The notes below the pieces were generated by a model. It saw nothing but the letters and a program-made list of their open reading frames with translations. It did not search any database and was not told the DNA's origin. A program made the translations under genes and the position numbers. Below, one piece after another: positions 61,526 to 64,000 of a stretch of DNA of 64,000 nucleotides; position 1 is the stretch's first letter; each line of letters starts with the position of its first letter. Origin of the DNA: Phoronis australis (Eukaryota; Animalia; Phoronida). The stretch spans positions 306,455-370,454 of the forward strand of contig NMRA01000198.1 of assembly GCA_002633005.1 (NCBI GenBank), given 5' to 3'.

Positions 61526-61810
61526 TTTGCGTCGTTAGCGTCCTACTTTATAGATATTTTAATATATTAAAATATTTCAGGAAATGAAAACTGATCAAAA
61601 ATGACAAAATTTATTTTCCATGTAGTTTCAATATTTCTCTAATACATCTTCAACGTGTTTACATGATGTGAATCAGTTTAGCCATTTTTTCAATGTTCAA
61701 ATGTGGTCAGATTGCAGCTCTGCTGTTTCAGTTGGTCTGTCGGAGTATGACAGAATCATTGGCGCCACTGGACGACCAACAACCAAGTCGATGTGTATTG
61801 CAGGTGATAT

Positions 61811-62050
61811 AAAAAAAATAATTGCAGGTGGTCTGATACACGTTGTATCAGACGTGCGCAGGCCTCGCATGTGGGCCCATTGCACTGATCACCTGGAAAT
61901 ATTTTTATGCTTTATTGATATATGGTTAAAACCGAGCTGAGGAGCTAGAAACCAGGCTCAAGGGTTTAGCAGTGTGACCTGGTGGGACTTGAACCCACGA
62001 CTTCGAGTAAAGAAAGCGGGCACTTATCAACCAGGCCACACTGCCTCCTC
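61811..62050 (-). mobile_element. tRNA-derived SINE, full-length young copy (same family as 6019-6264)
   Basis: Near-identical to 6019-6264; 13-bp TSD TTGCAGGTGATAT at 61798-61810 and 62051-62063. Confidence 0.92.
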
Positions 62051-64000
62051 TTGCAGGTGATATCGTTAACATTGTCATTAACAACGTGACCTCGTCAAAA
62101 ATGTTAGTTCAAATAAGAAGAATAAACGCAACCGAGTAGGTATCTGTTTCCAAATTTGAAAAAATAAGTTAAATAAGAAATGCCCTATGACGTCGTCTCG
62201 CTGATGCGTTTTGTAGCCCTCGTCACCGGAACAAATACACCACGGTTTGGATTTCAGTCGTTACTCTGTGCACCTACCGTGGTGACTGAGTGATAGCCTA
62301 GTTTTTACAGCATATAATACAAAAGCAGACCAACACTTTAGATAACAAGGGTTAATGTTTTATAATGTTGTGAACATTGATAATGATAGCAGATTTTTTT
62401 TCTATTGTTGGCTTAACAAGCACCTTATTGTCTGTGGTGGGCCTTTGCCTCAAACAGATAAACTTTACCTTCCTCAATAATAGATGTTACACCATTTTTT
62501 ATAAAATAACAAGAAGTGGTAGTAAACTCTTTCGTTTTTTTATTCTATAGTCACTTCGTCGTGTAATTGAATTTCACTAGTTTCCATGTTCATGATATTT
62601 GTCAATTGATTGTCTCATAACTTGCTTAATAAATGGTTTACAATAATACACTGTATCATTGTTTGATACCATACTTTCGTGAAAAATTGTGTTAAAAATG
62701 ATTACGCGTAAAATTTTGCTGAATTCAAAGCTATCTATACCGACCGTACTCAATCATATTAACGCTCATGTTTCGCTGAACAGTCTTAATTTTCCTTAGT
62801 CAACTTGGGGGTGATTTCGAGGTTCGACAGAGCTAACATTACTGTTTGACACCAGCGCCTCTACATGTTAGCTTGTCAATGGAACGCGAAAAACAGACTA
62901 AACTGTAATATTCAATGTCTGTGGTTCTCTGCCACTGAAACACAATTCAACCTGCCCACCAGGTATTTTTAAGGTTTTTCCCTAAAGATTTTGAATTTCT
63001 GTTGATGTCAATGCATTTTTTCGATCCGTCAACTGCTCACCACTTCGTCGAAGGCATCGTAAGTATTCAAATATAGTCTAAAGTGCACGTGGCATTCTTT
63101 CTGGACAATTGCTTGCTTCATTGACTTGCCTCATACCGTGGTGTCGACCTAAGATCCACAATGCAATCACACATGATAATCTGACGTTAATATCCATCTT
63201 AACTGTCAGCTGTTTGTAGAATGACTCTGGGAGCATGTGCGTATTTATCATAAGTGCGAGGGAGATTAGAAATTCTGTGGTGACTTCACAGTTTTTCCTT
63301 CGCACGTATTTCTAAAATAGTGACTTTTGTGATTTTTCTGTAAATTTCCTCACATTGCGACATGGCACTTTCGTCAGTAATTGTTAAAAAGATATTTTTG
63401 ACGAGCTTTGGCGTTCCATGTCTCTTTAAAAGGATACCACATCCGGTTTTGACCTCTTAACAGACTCTAAAAACGACTTTACCATCCAGTTCCCTGAAAC
63501 AAAATAATGTTCTGTAACCCTCAGAAACCCTCAAACGTTTGTAGGAACATTTGAAAACTTCTATCAAAATCTGATAAACGGGCAAGCGTGACTTACGCTT
63601 TTAGCGAATTACACGGTAATTGTGGGAAAAGACCACACACCAATGATCGTAAAGTCCAATCTGTGACGTAGGGAGTATGAGTTTTTAGTTGATTCCTGCC
63701 TTTAGCTTGAGAGTTGACGCCAATGATGAATTAGCAGGTGACAGAACGGACTGGGTTTAGTATCCTTTTAAGGAATAACGAACTGTCGGGTCTGCAAACA
63801 TAAAAATCACTTCTCATATGAGAAAGGAACAAGTTTAAAACAATTTTAGGATATGCTATAAGACAACATTTTACTTCATGGGAGGAACGCCGGTTAATGT
63901 GCCTTGGGCGGTTAGCCAGACAAATACTGCATCTCCTACTGCTTGAGGAGAAGGGGTTGATCTGGGTCTTCTGCTAACAAAGCGCTGTCCAATTCCAAAA

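Overview
AT-rich, intron-rich eukaryotic (invertebrate animal, lophotrochozoan-like) genomic DNA from a draft assembly with gaps; not prokaryotic. I built four protein-coding genes by hand from GT-AG junctions with consistent reading phase: (1) a 124-aa hydrophobic-segment + RING-HC protein (+, 5294-8228, 4 coding exons); (2) a ninein/ninein-like gene (-, 34810-15229, 19 coding exons, ~1303 aa); (3) a KIF-binding protein gene with an intron-free CDS (-, 44081-42285); (4) head-to-head with it, dynein-2 light intermediate chain DYNC2LI1 (+, 44544-57710, 13 coding exons, ~355 aa). A complete selenocysteine tRNA gene with an upstream TATA box lies antisense in a ninein intron (27221-27307). Repeats include a CR1/L2-type LINE relic interrupted by a Mutator-like element (9-bp TSD) and a second insert, an L1/Tx1-type 3' fragment with an open frame, two Penelope-like remnants (one with an inverted duplication, one followed by three tandem hammerhead-like motifs), a young tRNA-derived SINE family with clean TSDs, several MITEs and minisatellites (one is an array of RFX X-box-like motifs, one multiplies a splice donor). 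Two kb-scale tandem duplications next to Ns are probably assembly artefacts. I found no clearly new biological system; the best leads are listed as findings. All homology calls are from recalled motifs, not database searches.
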